Of a stretch of DNA of 64,000 bases, positions 18,005 to 28,437 are shown in pieces. A program made the translations under genes and the position numbers. Location: IMG/VR virus record IMGVR_UViG_3300031823_000008, positions 2,247-66,246 of that record, one strand, 5' to 3'. Below the pieces are notes generated by a model. That model ran no database searches. It was given only the letters and a program-made list of their open reading frames with translations, and was not told where the DNA came from. Position 1 is the stretch's first letter. The number at the start of each line of letters is the position of its first letter. This DNA is from a virus.

Positions 18005-21000
18005 ATGGCGCGATTCATCCAAGTCAACGGGGCGGGTGCGGCCGGAGCGGCGGGAAGCGGAAGCACGCCGGCGTCTCTGTCGATCTCGTTTCTCGGGGGC
18101 GGCGGCGGCGTAACAACTCCCTATGGCGCGGCGCTCACGGCTCTGGGCGGGGTCTATCCGTATACCTATTCGATCAGCATCGGAACTCTGCCTGGAGGCC
18201 TGAGCCTCAACACCGGGACGGGTGCTATCACCGGCACACCGACAACCGCAGGCACTTCCACTTTCACCGGGAAGGTTGTAGATTCGGCCTCGACATCGGC
18301 AACGGTGGTTTGCACGATCGTCATCACGGGCGCCGCAGCAGTCCCTTATCAGGTGGCGCTGACAGAGATCGGGCCCCGGACGCTGGACCTGACCAATCAA
18401 TCCACCCATACCACGATGCAGGCGGTGGTGGAAGAGACGATTTCCCTCGGTTCGGCCCTCGGCACCCAATTGCACGTGCAGTTTTCGAGCGATAACGGCG
18501 CGACCTGGGGCTATGACCAGATCGTGGCCAGCGATCGCGTGCACATGGACGGCACCTCGACATATTGGCAGACCACGGTGAGCGTCGGCGGCGCGCTGGT
18601 GTGGGTGCAAACGACGGCGACAAACTGGAAGGCGCGGGCCTGGGCGCTCAACTCCTTCGTCGATCTGGGCCCCGGAATAGCATCGGCGAATTGCGCGGTC
18701 AGCTCGGCTTATTCCGTGGCGTTGATCGGCCCTCCTAGCGCAACCGGCGCAACCTTGAGCGTGTCCGGCTATACGCTCCTGCCGGCGGATCCGACCAGTG
18801 GGGCCCAGCAATGGCAGCAGACCGTGACGATCCAAACCGCGGGCGCGGCGGATCCGTCCTGCTGGCAGTATCAGCTCACCGGTTTTGGCTGCAACACCTC
18901 AGGTACCGGCTACCCTTCCGCGGGCGGCTATCCGGCAGCGACGGAAACGTTGATTGCCGGAATCCCGAATGATGGGAACTCGCATTCGATCACCGTCACG
19001 GGAGGATATTTCCCCATCGGTTGGACCTACAATTCGGATCGCTTTAAGGTCTACGGAATCAGCCGGTCAGCCAACCCGTCCTACTCGCCGAATCTTTTCA
19101 ACGATCCGACGTATTCTGTCGCGCAGAAGTGGCCGTCGACGCTGACTTATAACATCCAGACGTTCGGCCCTCCCGGCAGCACTCCCGGCGTCCTGCAGGT
19201 CGGGTTCGCAGTCGGCCTGCCGCAGGTCGGAATCCCTTACTCCTCCGCGGTTTCGGTCGCCAACGGAAAGGGCCCATACACCTATGCCGTCACCTCCGGC
19301 GCATTCCCGTCTGGAGTATCGCTCCTCACGTCCGGGGTGGTCTCCGGCACGCCTCTGTTCTATTCCACAACCGCCATCACCATCACCGTCACCGATTCGC
19401 TCGGAAGCACGGGCACGATATCGGTCACCTTCACTGTCACGACAGCGCTGAATCCAGTGGGCACCGCGCAGATCACCTCCGTGTCGGCCGCCGTTTCCTT
19501 CCTCACCGTAAACACCGACAGCAGTTTCAGCGCGCAGATTGCCGTGACGCCCACCTGGAGTGCGAATCTCGGCGTGCAGAGCGTCACTCTTTTCCTGTTC
19601 TACCGGCGAAGCGCGCTGTTCAACACTCCCTCCTGGTATTGGCAGGAATACACGACGATGTTCGTGAGCACCTCGTCGCCGGCAACGGTCTACATCAACG
19701 TTCAGGTGGCAGTGGGCGCATCCTTTACCGCATATGTCGCAGTCGCTCCAGGGCAGATTAACGGCGATGCCAGCACCGCGCTCGGCACCGTCGGCACCAC
19801 GGTTCCGGTGACCGGCGCGATTCTCTCCAATAGCTTTTCGCTTGGCGCGGTGACTCCCGGAAGTGGAGCCGTTACCGGCGCTGTTGCCTCCGCCGCTCGA
19901 AATTTCGTGGATGCGGACGGCGCTCAGGATTGGGAGATTCCCTCCGTCACTGTTCCGATGCCTGGGTCAGGCAGTCCGAATACCTATTACATTTCACTCA
20001 CGGGTTACGCGGTCAACAGCTCCGGAGCGGCGGCGCCCACTGCCGATGGCGGCGTGGAAGTAGAGATTGACCGGTTCTACAATCTGCCGCAGGCCTATAC
20101 TGCCATCTGCAACACGATCAATTCCTGGGGCTACCAGCCTCGCACGGCAGCGACGTTTCATTATTTGCGCCTGCAGCTCTATAGCGTGAATCGCAACGGT
20201 ATCGGATGGAATGATGTCTCAGGCAACGCCACCAAGCAGGCGGCGCCATGGACCGGTCTGGGCACGCCTAATAACGATGTGAATTTCGGGGTGGCTCCTC
20301 CAGGCGTCCTGGATCCGACCCGGCAGGATCCTTCCCTGCTCAATGGCAGTGTGGGAACCAATAGCGCTGGAACCTACGGCACCACCAGCCAAGGCTCGGA
20401 GATGTTCAGCAATCCGACCTTCGATTCCGAGGACGCAAGCGGGAATCCGTTGGGCTGGTATATAGGCCCCGCGGCTTCGGTGAACACGAATCCCACGTAT
20501 ACCAAGACCTCACCCAACAGCATTCTGCTGGCGGCATCCGGAGGTGCAGCGCCGCGCTTCTATCCGGGCACTCCGGGAGTTCCACTCACCAGCGGGACTG
20601 TCGGGCTCTTTCCGTGTAACCCTGGAGACCAGCTCGTTGCTTCCGCATGGATCATCAGCGATGGATCCGCTTCCGGCATCTTGAGTGGCATTTTCTATTA
20701 CTACAATGCCAGCGGAGGTTTCGTAGGCCAGAGCGCCGCCTGGACAATATCCGCGCCTTCAGGCGGAGTTTGGACCCCATTCCAGGGCCCGATCATCACC
20801 ATCCCTTCTATTTCCGGCCTCGCCTTCTGCCTCGCCGTTCCCGCATGGGTGAACGCGGGCGCCGCTGCCGGCAACTGGTACGTGGATAACGTGTCCTGCC
20901 AGCGGGCGGCCAGCGCCAGCAATACCAGTCTGGGTTCCGGCCTGAAAGGTGGAACCAACAGCGCCGGCCAGCCCGCCGTCGTTCTCGCCTACGGCGCAGC

Positions 21001-22036
21001 CCTCACCGACGACGGGACTGGCAAAGCAACAATTCTCGTCAATGTGGGGAGCGCGCTTTACACCACGACGCTCGGCCTCAATATGTATGTCGCCTCGGAT
21101 TTCGTGGTGAGCGGAAGCCCTCCGACACTGAACGTAGCGAGCATCAATCTGGCGAAGTCGGTCGGCTTCGATGTCACTGGCCTGTCGGGTGGCTCGACAT
21201 TCTCGACCGCCAGTGGGTACCTCGCCCTCACGGCCTTGGCATTAAACAGGCTCGTGGCCGGCACAGCTTTGTTCACCGCCTCGGCGACGTTCGCGAACTC
21301 CTCCTCAAATAACGCCGTTGTGATCGGGTCCGCCGGCGTCACGCTCTGTGACAACTACGCGTCGCCCACGACTACCGTCACGGTCACCTCCGGCGGCATC
21401 GTGATTACCAAGGGCTCCAACACCGTGCAGGTGAATGCGAGCGCGGTCTCCATTTTCAGCAGCTCGATGTCTTTGACTGCTACATCGTCGGGCATCGCCA
21501 TCACCGGCACAAATGCCAGCGTCTCTGTCAGCGCGTCTCTGATCCAGCTCATTTATTCCGGCGTTGGCGGAATGAGCATCGCGTCGACGGGCATCAGTAT
21601 GTCCGCAGGATCCTGCACGCTGACGATAAATGCTTCCAGCATTAACTTCTCGAACGGCAGCAGCAGCGTTGTGATTTCGGCTTCATCCGTCGCGATCAGC
21701 AACGGGTCTTTCGCTGTAAGCGATGGCACCAATACCCTGACGATCAGTAAGACCATCAGCACTGCGTTTGGGACTATTACCGGCATCTATTTTTTCACGT
21801 CCGGAAACAACATCGTCATGTATCCCGGAACCATTTATATCGGCGGGCCCAGCGGCACTTCGGGCGCCTATTTGAATCTCAACGCCACCAACATGCAGAT
21901 TCGCAGCGGTTCGTCGATATGGGCGGCTACCACCTCGTCGATGACGATGAGCGGCCTTCCGAGCAGCAACCCCGGAGCCGGATCGAAGCAGTTTTATTAC
22001 AATCCCGGGACCAACGCCGTGTTCTATGCCCCATAA
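18005..22036 (+). CDS. Tail fibre/spike with Ig-like domains, a carbohydrate-binding-like domain and C-terminal beta-repeats
   Basis: Two GxxPYTY....G.(L/F)P.G.SL...G...GTP Ig motifs; FSNPTFD...WYVDNVS; Ser/Thr/Ile strand repeats. Confidence 0.75.
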   Translation: MARFIQVNGAGAAGAAGSGSTPASLSISFLGGGGGVTTPYGAALTALGGVYPYTYSISIGTLPGGLSLNTGTGAITGTPTTAGTSTFTGKVVDSASTSATVVCTIVITGAAAVPYQVALTEIGPRTLDLTNQSTHTTMQAVVEETISLGSALGTQLHVQFSSDNGATWGYDQIVASDRVHMDGTSTYWQTTVSVGGALVWVQTTATNWKARAWALNSFVDLGPGIASANCAVSSAYSVALIGPPSATGATLSVSGYTLLPADPTSGAQQWQQTVTIQTAGAADPSCWQYQLTGFGCNTSGTGYPSAGGYPAATETLIAGIPNDGNSHSITVTGGYFPIGWTYNSDRFKVYGISRSANPSYSPNLFNDPTYSVAQKWPSTLTYNIQTFGPPGSTPGVLQVGFAVGLPQVGIPYSSAVSVANGKGPYTYAVTSGAFPSGVSLLTSGVVSGTPLFYSTTAITITVTDSLGSTGTISVTFTVTTALNPVGTAQITSVSAAVSFLTVNTDSSFSAQIAVTPTWSANLGVQSVTLFLFYRRSALFNTPSWYWQEYTTMFVSTSSPATVYINVQVAVGASFTAYVAVAPGQINGDASTALGTVGTTVPVTGAILSNSFSLGAVTPGSGAVTGAVASAARNFVDADGAQDWEIPSVTVPMPGSGSPNTYYISLTGYAVNSSGAAAPTADGGVEVEIDRFYNLPQAYTAICNTINSWGYQPRTAATFHYLRLQLYSVNRNGIGWNDVSGNATKQAAPWTGLGTPNNDVNFGVAPPGVLDPTRQDPSLLNGSVGTNSAGTYGTTSQGSEMFSNPTFDSEDASGNPLGWYIGPAASVNTNPTYTKTSPNSILLAASGGAAPRFYPGTPGVPLTSGTVGLFPCNPGDQLVASAWIISDGSASGILSGIFYYYNASGGFVGQSAAWTISAPSGGVWTPFQGPIITIPSISGLAFCLAVPAWVNAGAAAGNWYVDNVSCQRAASASNTSLGSGLKGGTNSAGQPAVVLAYGAALTDDGTGKATILVNVGSALYTTTLGLNMYVASDFVVSGSPPTLNVASINLAKSVGFDVTGLSGGSTFSTASGYLALTALALNRLVAGTALFTASATFANSSSNNAVVIGSAGVTLCDNYASPTTTVTVTSGGIVITKGSNTVQVNASAVSIFSSSMSLTATSSGIAITGTNASVSVSASLIQLIYSGVGGMSIASTGISMSAGSCTLTINASSINFSNGSSSVVISASSVAISNGSFAVSDGTNTLTISKTISTAFGTITGIYFFTSGNNIVMYPGTIYIGGPSGTSGAYLNLNATNMQIRSGSSIWAATTSSMTMSGLPSSNPGAGSKQFYYNPGTNAVFYAP

Positions 22037-22049
22037 AGGAAAGCTTTAG

Positions 22050-22406
22050 ATGAAAACTTTGACGGTCACATTCGAGCAGCGCATCAAGCTTTTGGGCATT
22101 CTCGGAAGCATTACCGGACCCCTGGGAAGGATCGCGCCCCTCCTGCAGGTATGGGAGAAGGTAAAGTTCAGCGAGGACGAGTTCAAGAAAATCAAAGTGG
22201 AGCAACAGGCGCCGGGCGTAGTGACCTATACGCCTCCCTATCCGTTATTCGGGTTTCTTCGCGTCCAGATTGAAGACGCGCAGGCATCGGCTGTGGTCTT
22301 GGAATTCGATCAGTTCCAGGGATTCAAAGTTACGGATATCGGCTGGGTCGAAGACGTGCGCAAACAGTTGACCACTGAAAGCCAGGAAATGGCGAAGGAG
22401 GCTTAG
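22050..22406 (+). CDS. Hypothetical protein, possible fibre chaperone
   Basis: 118 aa charged protein directly after the fibre gene. Confidence 0.55.
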   Translation: MKTLTVTFEQRIKLLGILGSITGPLGRIAPLLQVWEKVKFSEDEFKKIKVEQQAPGVVTYTPPYPLFGFLRVQIEDAQASAVVLEFDQFQGFKVTDIGWVEDVRKQLTTESQEMAKEA

Positions 22407-23653
22407 TGCCAGTCGGACTTGAAAACATCATCACGTTATTCGGAGGGGGCGCGGCGTTCAGCGCTACTGTGTCAGGCGGCGGCATCGCCACGGTTCCGAT
22501 TCTGCGCGGCGGGTGCTATTACGCCGCGGCGCCGACTCTGGCCGCCGTACCGAATGGGGGCGACGTCATCACGACACCGGCGGTGCTCACAGCCGTATTA
22601 ACGAACGGTGTCGTTACCGGCGTGACAATCGGCGTTGCCGGAGTCGGATACGCACATGTTCCTACCATTACGGTCACACTCGCCGTGGGTGCCTCCTCGC
22701 TGATCAACTCCTTCATGAGCACCGACGCTCTGTATTCCGTCGAGCAATACCGTCAGGCCCAGACGGCATGGACCACCGTCGGCGGAATCTCGGTGTTCGC
22801 CCCCATCTATCCCGATGTCCCGTCAATGATGATTGCCGCGATCAGGGATAACGTCGTCACTCCGGCGCTCAAAATGTTCCCGACCGGTCCCGTCGTCATG
22901 GCTCAAGCAGTGGCGACATCTGCAGTTGTGACCGTGGAGAGCCTCATTACCGGCTCCCTGGCGACGCCGATCGTTCCCATCCAGTCTGTGGCTGGCTCAA
23001 CCGCACCCGGAAGCACCACGGCCTCCCTGAGCCTCGCGGCGGCGACCTACAGCGACACGCTCATTGTCTGCATCAGCACCGCGGCAACCTCAGCGCCGGC
23101 GACTGTGACCTCGATCGTTTGCAGCAATGTCGTGTTTACCCGAGTTTCGAATAAATCGAGTCTGGATACCCTCTGGGGCGGGTACCTGAATCTGGAAGTT
23201 TGGGCGGGCACGGTAAACGGCAGCCTCTCAGGTACTTCCATCGCCGTCACATTTTCCCTCGCAACCGATACCTATTACACCGAGATGACGGCCGCGGAAT
23301 TCAGCGGAGTCGCCTTCCAGCAGTCCGGATCCTCGGCGGCGCCGGAGATCGACGGTGCGCCCGTGCAATTCCAAATTCAGACGAGCCTCTCCGCCGTCAC
23401 GGTGGGCCCATATTTCAATACCGACCCGTCGGATCTGATCTTCGCCGTCCTGCAAGCTGACATTGCCGGCCCTCCGACCACGCCCGCGGGATTCACCGCT
23501 CTGGCCAGCGGGGTCCATTCCGGCTCCTGGGGCCTCTGGCCGGTCTTCCAGGTTGCCGGCGTGATCGGTTCCTTCTCGCCGGACTGGTCAGGTGGCTTCG
23601 GGGGCGGGGCGACCGATGCGTGCGCGATCGTCGTCGGGTTCCCGGGCGCTTAA
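22406..23653 (+). CDS. Minor tail / virion protein
   Basis: GVVTGVTIGVAGVGY...PTITV motif; beta-rich C-domain. Confidence 0.6.
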   Translation: MPVGLENIITLFGGGAAFSATVSGGGIATVPILRGGCYYAAAPTLAAVPNGGDVITTPAVLTAVLTNGVVTGVTIGVAGVGYAHVPTITVTLAVGASSLINSFMSTDALYSVEQYRQAQTAWTTVGGISVFAPIYPDVPSMMIAAIRDNVVTPALKMFPTGPVVMAQAVATSAVVTVESLITGSLATPIVPIQSVAGSTAPGSTTASLSLAAATYSDTLIVCISTAATSAPATVTSIVCSNVVFTRVSNKSSLDTLWGGYLNLEVWAGTVNGSLSGTSIAVTFSLATDTYYTEMTAAEFSGVAFQQSGSSAAPEIDGAPVQFQIQTSLSAVTVGPYFNTDPSDLIFAVLQADIAGPPTTPAGFTALASGVHSGSWGLWPVFQVAGVIGSFSPDWSGGFGGGATDACAIVVGFPGA

Positions 23654-23654
23654 C

Positions 23655-24215
23655 ATGATGAAACTTCCATTCCTCTTCCTTCTCGCGATCGGCGCCTTCG
23701 CCCAGATGACCACGGTCACCGGGAAGCTCGCAGTTCCCACTGAGGATTTGCTGAACGGCACCTGCTCGATTCAGGCCGCGGCCTCCTTCTCGTCGGGAAG
23801 TGGCTACCGGATCCTCGGTGCGCCCGTGGTGGTCAAGTTTCAGAACGGCATCCTGAAGGTGCAGCTCGCCCCGACCGATACCGTTTCGCCTCCCGGCATG
23901 TATTACCGGGTGCAGTGCACCGCGCCCCTGCAGGCGATCAATGGGCACTCGGCGGGTCCGTGGACCTCTCCGGTATGGACCTGGAACGTGCCGACCTCGA
24001 GTAGTCCCGTGGATATCGGCGTGGTCAACACAGGCGCGCTCCTCAACGTAATCGGCCTGGGGAATGGCTCCTACTGCGTCACGGTCGCGGGCGGCGCTGT
24101 CTCGGGCGTGTCAACCGGCTCCTGCAGCTCCGGGACTCCCTTGTCATGGGGAACGCTGACCCTTGCCGAGTGGGCTTCGCTCACCGGCTCAGCCTGGAGC
24201 ACTCTCGTTCATTGA
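23655..24215 (+). CDS. Signal-peptide-bearing protein resembling a tail-fibre N-terminal domain
   Basis: MMKLPFLFLLAIGAFA|Q then TTVTGKL...QLAPTD..SPPGMYYRVQ. Confidence 0.7.
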   Translation: MMKLPFLFLLAIGAFAQMTTVTGKLAVPTEDLLNGTCSIQAAASFSSGSGYRILGAPVVVKFQNGILKVQLAPTDTVSPPGMYYRVQCTAPLQAINGHSAGPWTSPVWTWNVPTSSSPVDIGVVNTGALLNVIGLGNGSYCVTVAGGAVSGVSTGSCSSGTPLSWGTLTLAEWASLTGSAWSTLVH

Positions 24216-24226
24216 AGAAGAACACT

Positions 24227-27200
24227 ATGCGTAAACTATTCTTGTTGTTGGGCCTGACGATCGCGGCACACGCCCAGTACACCCCTGTTCCCAGCACCGG
24301 TTATCCGGCGCTCGAAGCAATTCTCAATGGCAAGCTGGCGCTTCAGACGTCCGCGGGCTCCTGCGCCTCATTGGCTGGCACCGCCGGCAAGGACATCTGC
24401 TTCGACACCACGAACCTGGTGCTCTACGACGCCACAGTTACGGGCGCTCCCGCGACGTGGGTCCTCCGATCGAACTTCACCAATGCCAAAGTCTTTGCAG
24501 CGCTCGCGACGTCCGGGACTCTGACGGCTCCCCTGGCTACCGGGAGTTCCGCTGATTACGGCGTGATTTCAACCGCATTGGCCACCTCCGGGATTGCCAC
24601 GGTGGTTCTCCCGAACAATGGAACGGCCTACTGGCTGAATGCCTCGATCAATATCCCTGCCGGCAAGACGCTGGCCTGTCAGGCGGGCGCGGTCATCCAG
24701 AAGCATGGCAACTTCGATATGGCGGCGCTGACGAACAGCAATATCGCCGTCACGAACTGCATCTTCGACGCCAACCAGGGAGGCGGATTCACCGGCAGCG
24801 CCGTCACGGCGACTTCGCTCAGCAATCTGAAACTGACGGGCAATACCTTCGAGGGCTCGGCAAACTGGGCGGTTTATCTGTCATCGGTTGCGGGCGGCGT
24901 GATCGAAGGGAATACCTGCCCCAGCTCCAACAAGTTCGATTGCATCTTTGGAGAGCACAACACGACCGGCATCCTGGTCAGCAAAAATGTCATCGATACG
25001 ACCGGGATCACGGCAGGCCTGCAGCATGGCATCGCGTTCCACTCGACCACCGGCGGCAACACCGTGGCGAACATCACGATCACCAATAACCAGATCACCA
25101 ACGGGTACAGCCTGCCGATCGAGGTGGGGGGATTTGGGGGCAATCAGCCGACCGGAATCATCGTCGCAAATAACACCGCCAGCCAGGTGGGCACTCCGGC
25201 AGCATATGGCGGATACTCCTTCTCCGGGGTGACGGCCTCCTCCATCACCGGGAACTTTTACTACTCAAATTCGCTTTGTACCAATCCAGGGCTGGAGCTG
25301 ACGAGCGGCTTCCAGAACATCGCGGCGAATAACACCGTTTATTGCGGCGCCACGGTGACGGCCCAGACGAATTCCGAGTTCACGGCCAATACGGTTTTCG
25401 GGCAACTGACGACGGGATCTTCCATTGCGGCGAATGCCAACCACAACCTCTTTGCTCACAACTGGATCTCCCCCACCGGCACGAGTTCCCCGGCGAATAC
25501 GCAGGCCATTCACCAGCAGTGCAATTTTTCGAGTGCAGATTGCGGCAACAACACCTACAGCGAGAACACTCTGGTGGGGGGCGGGTCAACGAGCTCGGGA
25601 TTCTATAACGAGCTGGACACCGGGACGAGCCTGAACGTTCTATTCCAGGGCAATAACATCAGCGGGTTCACGGGAGGGTGCATCACGCTCAATGCGGTTT
25701 CGGGCACCTATACGACTTCCGTGCTGGACAACATCGAAGGATGCAGCGGGTCCGACGTGATCAACGGGAACGTCTACCGGCCCATCGCTACGCTGCTGCA
25801 GGCCTCGAACAACCTGAGCGATCTGCCGAGCGCGCCAACGGCCCGGACGAACCTCGGGTTGGGAGCGGCGGCACTGCAAGCCAACAGCTTCTTCCTGCAG
25901 GCGTCAAACAACCTGTCTGACCTCGGGAATGCAGCGACGGCAAGGACGAATATCGGGTTTGCAGCGGGGATGGCCGCCGGCAATGCCGGAACCGCAAGCG
26001 CCCTCGCCGCCCTGCCGACTCCCTGCACCACGGGGCAGGCTCCTACCGGGATCCTCGCCAACGGCAACTCCACCGGCTGCGCTGCCCTCGGCGCAGGTAT
26101 CGTCACGATGGTGACGCAGGCAGGAGCGCCTACCAGCGCGTGCACCGCGCCGGGGACCGCGAATCTGGCGTTGTCTTGGGACACAACCAATCACTACCTG
26201 TATTTCTGCACGGCGGTGACGCCGACGTGGCGCCAGTTCCTGGATAACGGCACCGGATCCGGCTTCACCAGCGCAATGGCGCTCAGCGGTATCTCGAGCG
26301 GCGCCGCCGGCTTCACGGTGGACGACGCAGCCGGCACGGCGATCCTCTATATCCTGCCCAGCACCAACGGCGCCGCCGGACAGACCCTGCAGGACAACGG
26401 ATCCGCCACATGTCCAACCCTCGCGGCCGGCCTGCCCAGCACCTGCCATCAGTTGATTTGGACAACCCTCACGGCCACGATGCCTCAGAAGTTTTTCGGG
26501 ACGGCCGCCCCTGGCTCCATAGCCGGCAACCTGCCGGGTGACTTTTTCAGCGACAGCACCAACCACAACGAGTATTGGTGCAACGCTACTAGCGGCACAC
26601 CGGCCCCGGCTTGTACGTCGGTCACTGCCGGCGGCTGGACGCTTACCAACAGCGGCGGAAGCATGGTCTACCCGGGCGCCGGCATCGCCAATTCCACCGG
26701 CTCGGCCTGGGGAACGAGTTACGGGTCCTCTGGAACTGGCAGCGTTTGCCTTACGACCTCCTGCACGATGACCACTCCGGCACTGGGAACGCCCTCGGCA
26801 ATCGTTCTAACCAGCGCCACCGGCCTGCCCACCGCGGGCCTGGTGAATAACGCTGTGACGTCGCCAAAGCTGGCAGTCGTCAACACCTACCGGGTGTGCG
26901 ATCTCGCCTTCGGTGACACGAGTTCATCGAGCGTGATTGCCAACGCCCAACTCGGGCCGCAAGTGGGAGGATGCTTCATCCCGGGTGCCTCCACGGTGGT
27001 CGAAATGGATGTCCGCGCCGATGGCGGCACGCCCAATATCATCATTGGCGGCGAGCTCTCGGGCACGGTGAGCAATCTGGTTTCGGGCGCACTCGCCACT
27101 GCCGCATCAGGCGCAAGGGCCTGCTCCAAAACGACTGCCGTGGCGGGCATTGATGGAACCACCTGCAGCGCCACCCTGCAGAACACCTCCCTTGCAGCAG

Positions 27201-27283
27201 GCACCTATATTCAGGCTGTCAGCGGAACCGCAGGTGGAACAGCGAAGTGGATGACGGTCCACGTGATCTATACGGTTAACTAG
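24227..27283 (+). CDS. Signal-peptide-bearing tailspike-like protein (right-handed beta-helix plus fibre repeats)
   Basis: MRKLFLLLGLTIAAHA|Q; Asn-rich helix; two LQASNNLSDL....ARTN(L/I)G repeats; DTTN..LY motifs. Confidence 0.75.
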   Translation: MRKLFLLLGLTIAAHAQYTPVPSTGYPALEAILNGKLALQTSAGSCASLAGTAGKDICFDTTNLVLYDATVTGAPATWVLRSNFTNAKVFAALATSGTLTAPLATGSSADYGVISTALATSGIATVVLPNNGTAYWLNASINIPAGKTLACQAGAVIQKHGNFDMAALTNSNIAVTNCIFDANQGGGFTGSAVTATSLSNLKLTGNTFEGSANWAVYLSSVAGGVIEGNTCPSSNKFDCIFGEHNTTGILVSKNVIDTTGITAGLQHGIAFHSTTGGNTVANITITNNQITNGYSLPIEVGGFGGNQPTGIIVANNTASQVGTPAAYGGYSFSGVTASSITGNFYYSNSLCTNPGLELTSGFQNIAANNTVYCGATVTAQTNSEFTANTVFGQLTTGSSIAANANHNLFAHNWISPTGTSSPANTQAIHQQCNFSSADCGNNTYSENTLVGGGSTSSGFYNELDTGTSLNVLFQGNNISGFTGGCITLNAVSGTYTTSVLDNIEGCSGSDVINGNVYRPIATLLQASNNLSDLPSAPTARTNLGLGAAALQANSFFLQASNNLSDLGNAATARTNIGFAAGMAAGNAGTASALAALPTPCTTGQAPTGILANGNSTGCAALGAGIVTMVTQAGAPTSACTAPGTANLALSWDTTNHYLYFCTAVTPTWRQFLDNGTGSGFTSAMALSGISSGAAGFTVDDAAGTAILYILPSTNGAAGQTLQDNGSATCPTLAAGLPSTCHQLIWTTLTATMPQKFFGTAAPGSIAGNLPGDFFSDSTNHNEYWCNATSGTPAPACTSVTAGGWTLTNSGGSMVYPGAGIANSTGSAWGTSYGSSGTGSVCLTTSCTMTTPALGTPSAIVLTSATGLPTAGLVNNAVTSPKLAVVNTYRVCDLAFGDTSSSSVIANAQLGPQVGGCFIPGASTVVEMDVRADGGTPNIIIGGELSGTVSNLVSGALATAASGARACSKTTAVAGIDGTTCSATLQNTSLAAGTYIQAVSGTAGGTAKWMTVHVIYTVN

Positions 27284-27285
27284 CC

Positions 27286-28437
27286 ATGCGAAAATTCACT
27301 ATTCTCATTTTGGCGCTCGCCTCTCTGGCAACTGCTCAGCCCCGATGGAGCGCTCAGGAGCAGTTGAGCCGGCTGCTCTTTCCCCTGATACCGCAGGTGA
27401 GGATCCCTGGCCCTGGTGGAGTCGCCAATAGCGGCGGCGGCGGAGCTCCGTGCACGCCGGTCAGCGGATACAGCCATTGCCGTCTTTTGACTCTGGCCGC
27501 GACCACCGCGAACCTTACCGCGTTTCCGGTGGCGACCGTGAACAGTAGCGGCGCGATGGTATTAGGCAGCAGCCGCATTCAGAATTCAAGCTGTTACGAT
27601 GTGGTGTTCACGTCGGACTCTGGTGGCTCGACGAAAATCCCGTGGGAGATCGAATCCTGCACGTCCTCGACCGGGGCCGTGGTCGCGTGGTTTCCGACGG
27701 CCCTGTCGTCCTCAACCACGACGATTGTATATGTTTCATACGACAACGCCTCGATCAGCACGGCGCAGAATACCGGCAGTCTCGCTCCAGCGAACGTGTG
27801 GGACAGCAACTTCGGGATGGTACAGCATCTGGCTGCCTTAACCCTGCTCGATTCCACGTCCAATGCCACCACGGGCACCAACACCAGCCTGACGACTACC
27901 ACCGGCCTGATAAATGGAGGAGTGAACGATGCCGCCAGCGGGTATGCTAATTTTGCGGCCAGCTCGAGCACCAACCCGACAAGCGCCATCTCGGTGAGCT
28001 TCTGGCTCAACACCGGGAGTACCAACAGCAGCGCCTATTTCTTCGACAATGATATTGATTCCGCGACATACGGGACGACATTTCAGCTCTCAGGCGGCAG
28101 CCTCTATTGGTCGCTGGGAAGCGTCGGGAACAATCAATTCATCTATGCCTACTCGTTTGACAGCAACTGGCACTTGTTCGATTTCACCTACAGCGGGTCC
28201 ACGATGCTGATGTATATCGACGGGGCACAGGTAGCCACCTCGAGCAAGACGGGAAGCATCGTGTGGAATGGCAACTCGTTGGCGCTCGGGGCCAGCGTGA
28301 GCGGGACCAATAAAGCGTCCGGCAAGTTTGATGAGTTTCGGATTTCCGGGATTGCCCGGGCCGCAGGCTGGGTGGCCGCGGAATATGCCAATCAGAAAGC
28401 CAGCAGCACATTTCTTACGGTGGGATCCGAGAACTAA
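27286..28437 (+). CDS. Signal-peptide-bearing DUF2341 + LamG/ConA-like protein
   Basis: MRKFTILILALASLATA|Q; DVVFT..G.TKIPWEIE; WHLFDFTY...MYIDG...G.FDEFRIS..AR...W..AEY.NQ. Confidence 0.8.
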   Translation: MRKFTILILALASLATAQPRWSAQEQLSRLLFPLIPQVRIPGPGGVANSGGGGAPCTPVSGYSHCRLLTLAATTANLTAFPVATVNSSGAMVLGSSRIQNSSCYDVVFTSDSGGSTKIPWEIESCTSSTGAVVAWFPTALSSSTTTIVYVSYDNASISTAQNTGSLAPANVWDSNFGMVQHLAALTLLDSTSNATTGTNTSLTTTTGLINGGVNDAASGYANFAASSSTNPTSAISVSFWLNTGSTNSSAYFFDNDIDSATYGTTFQLSGGSLYWSLGSVGNNQFIYAYSFDSNWHLFDFTYSGSTMLMYIDGAQVATSSKTGSIVWNGNSLALGASVSGTNKASGKFDEFRISGIARAAGWVAAEYANQKASSTFLTVGSEN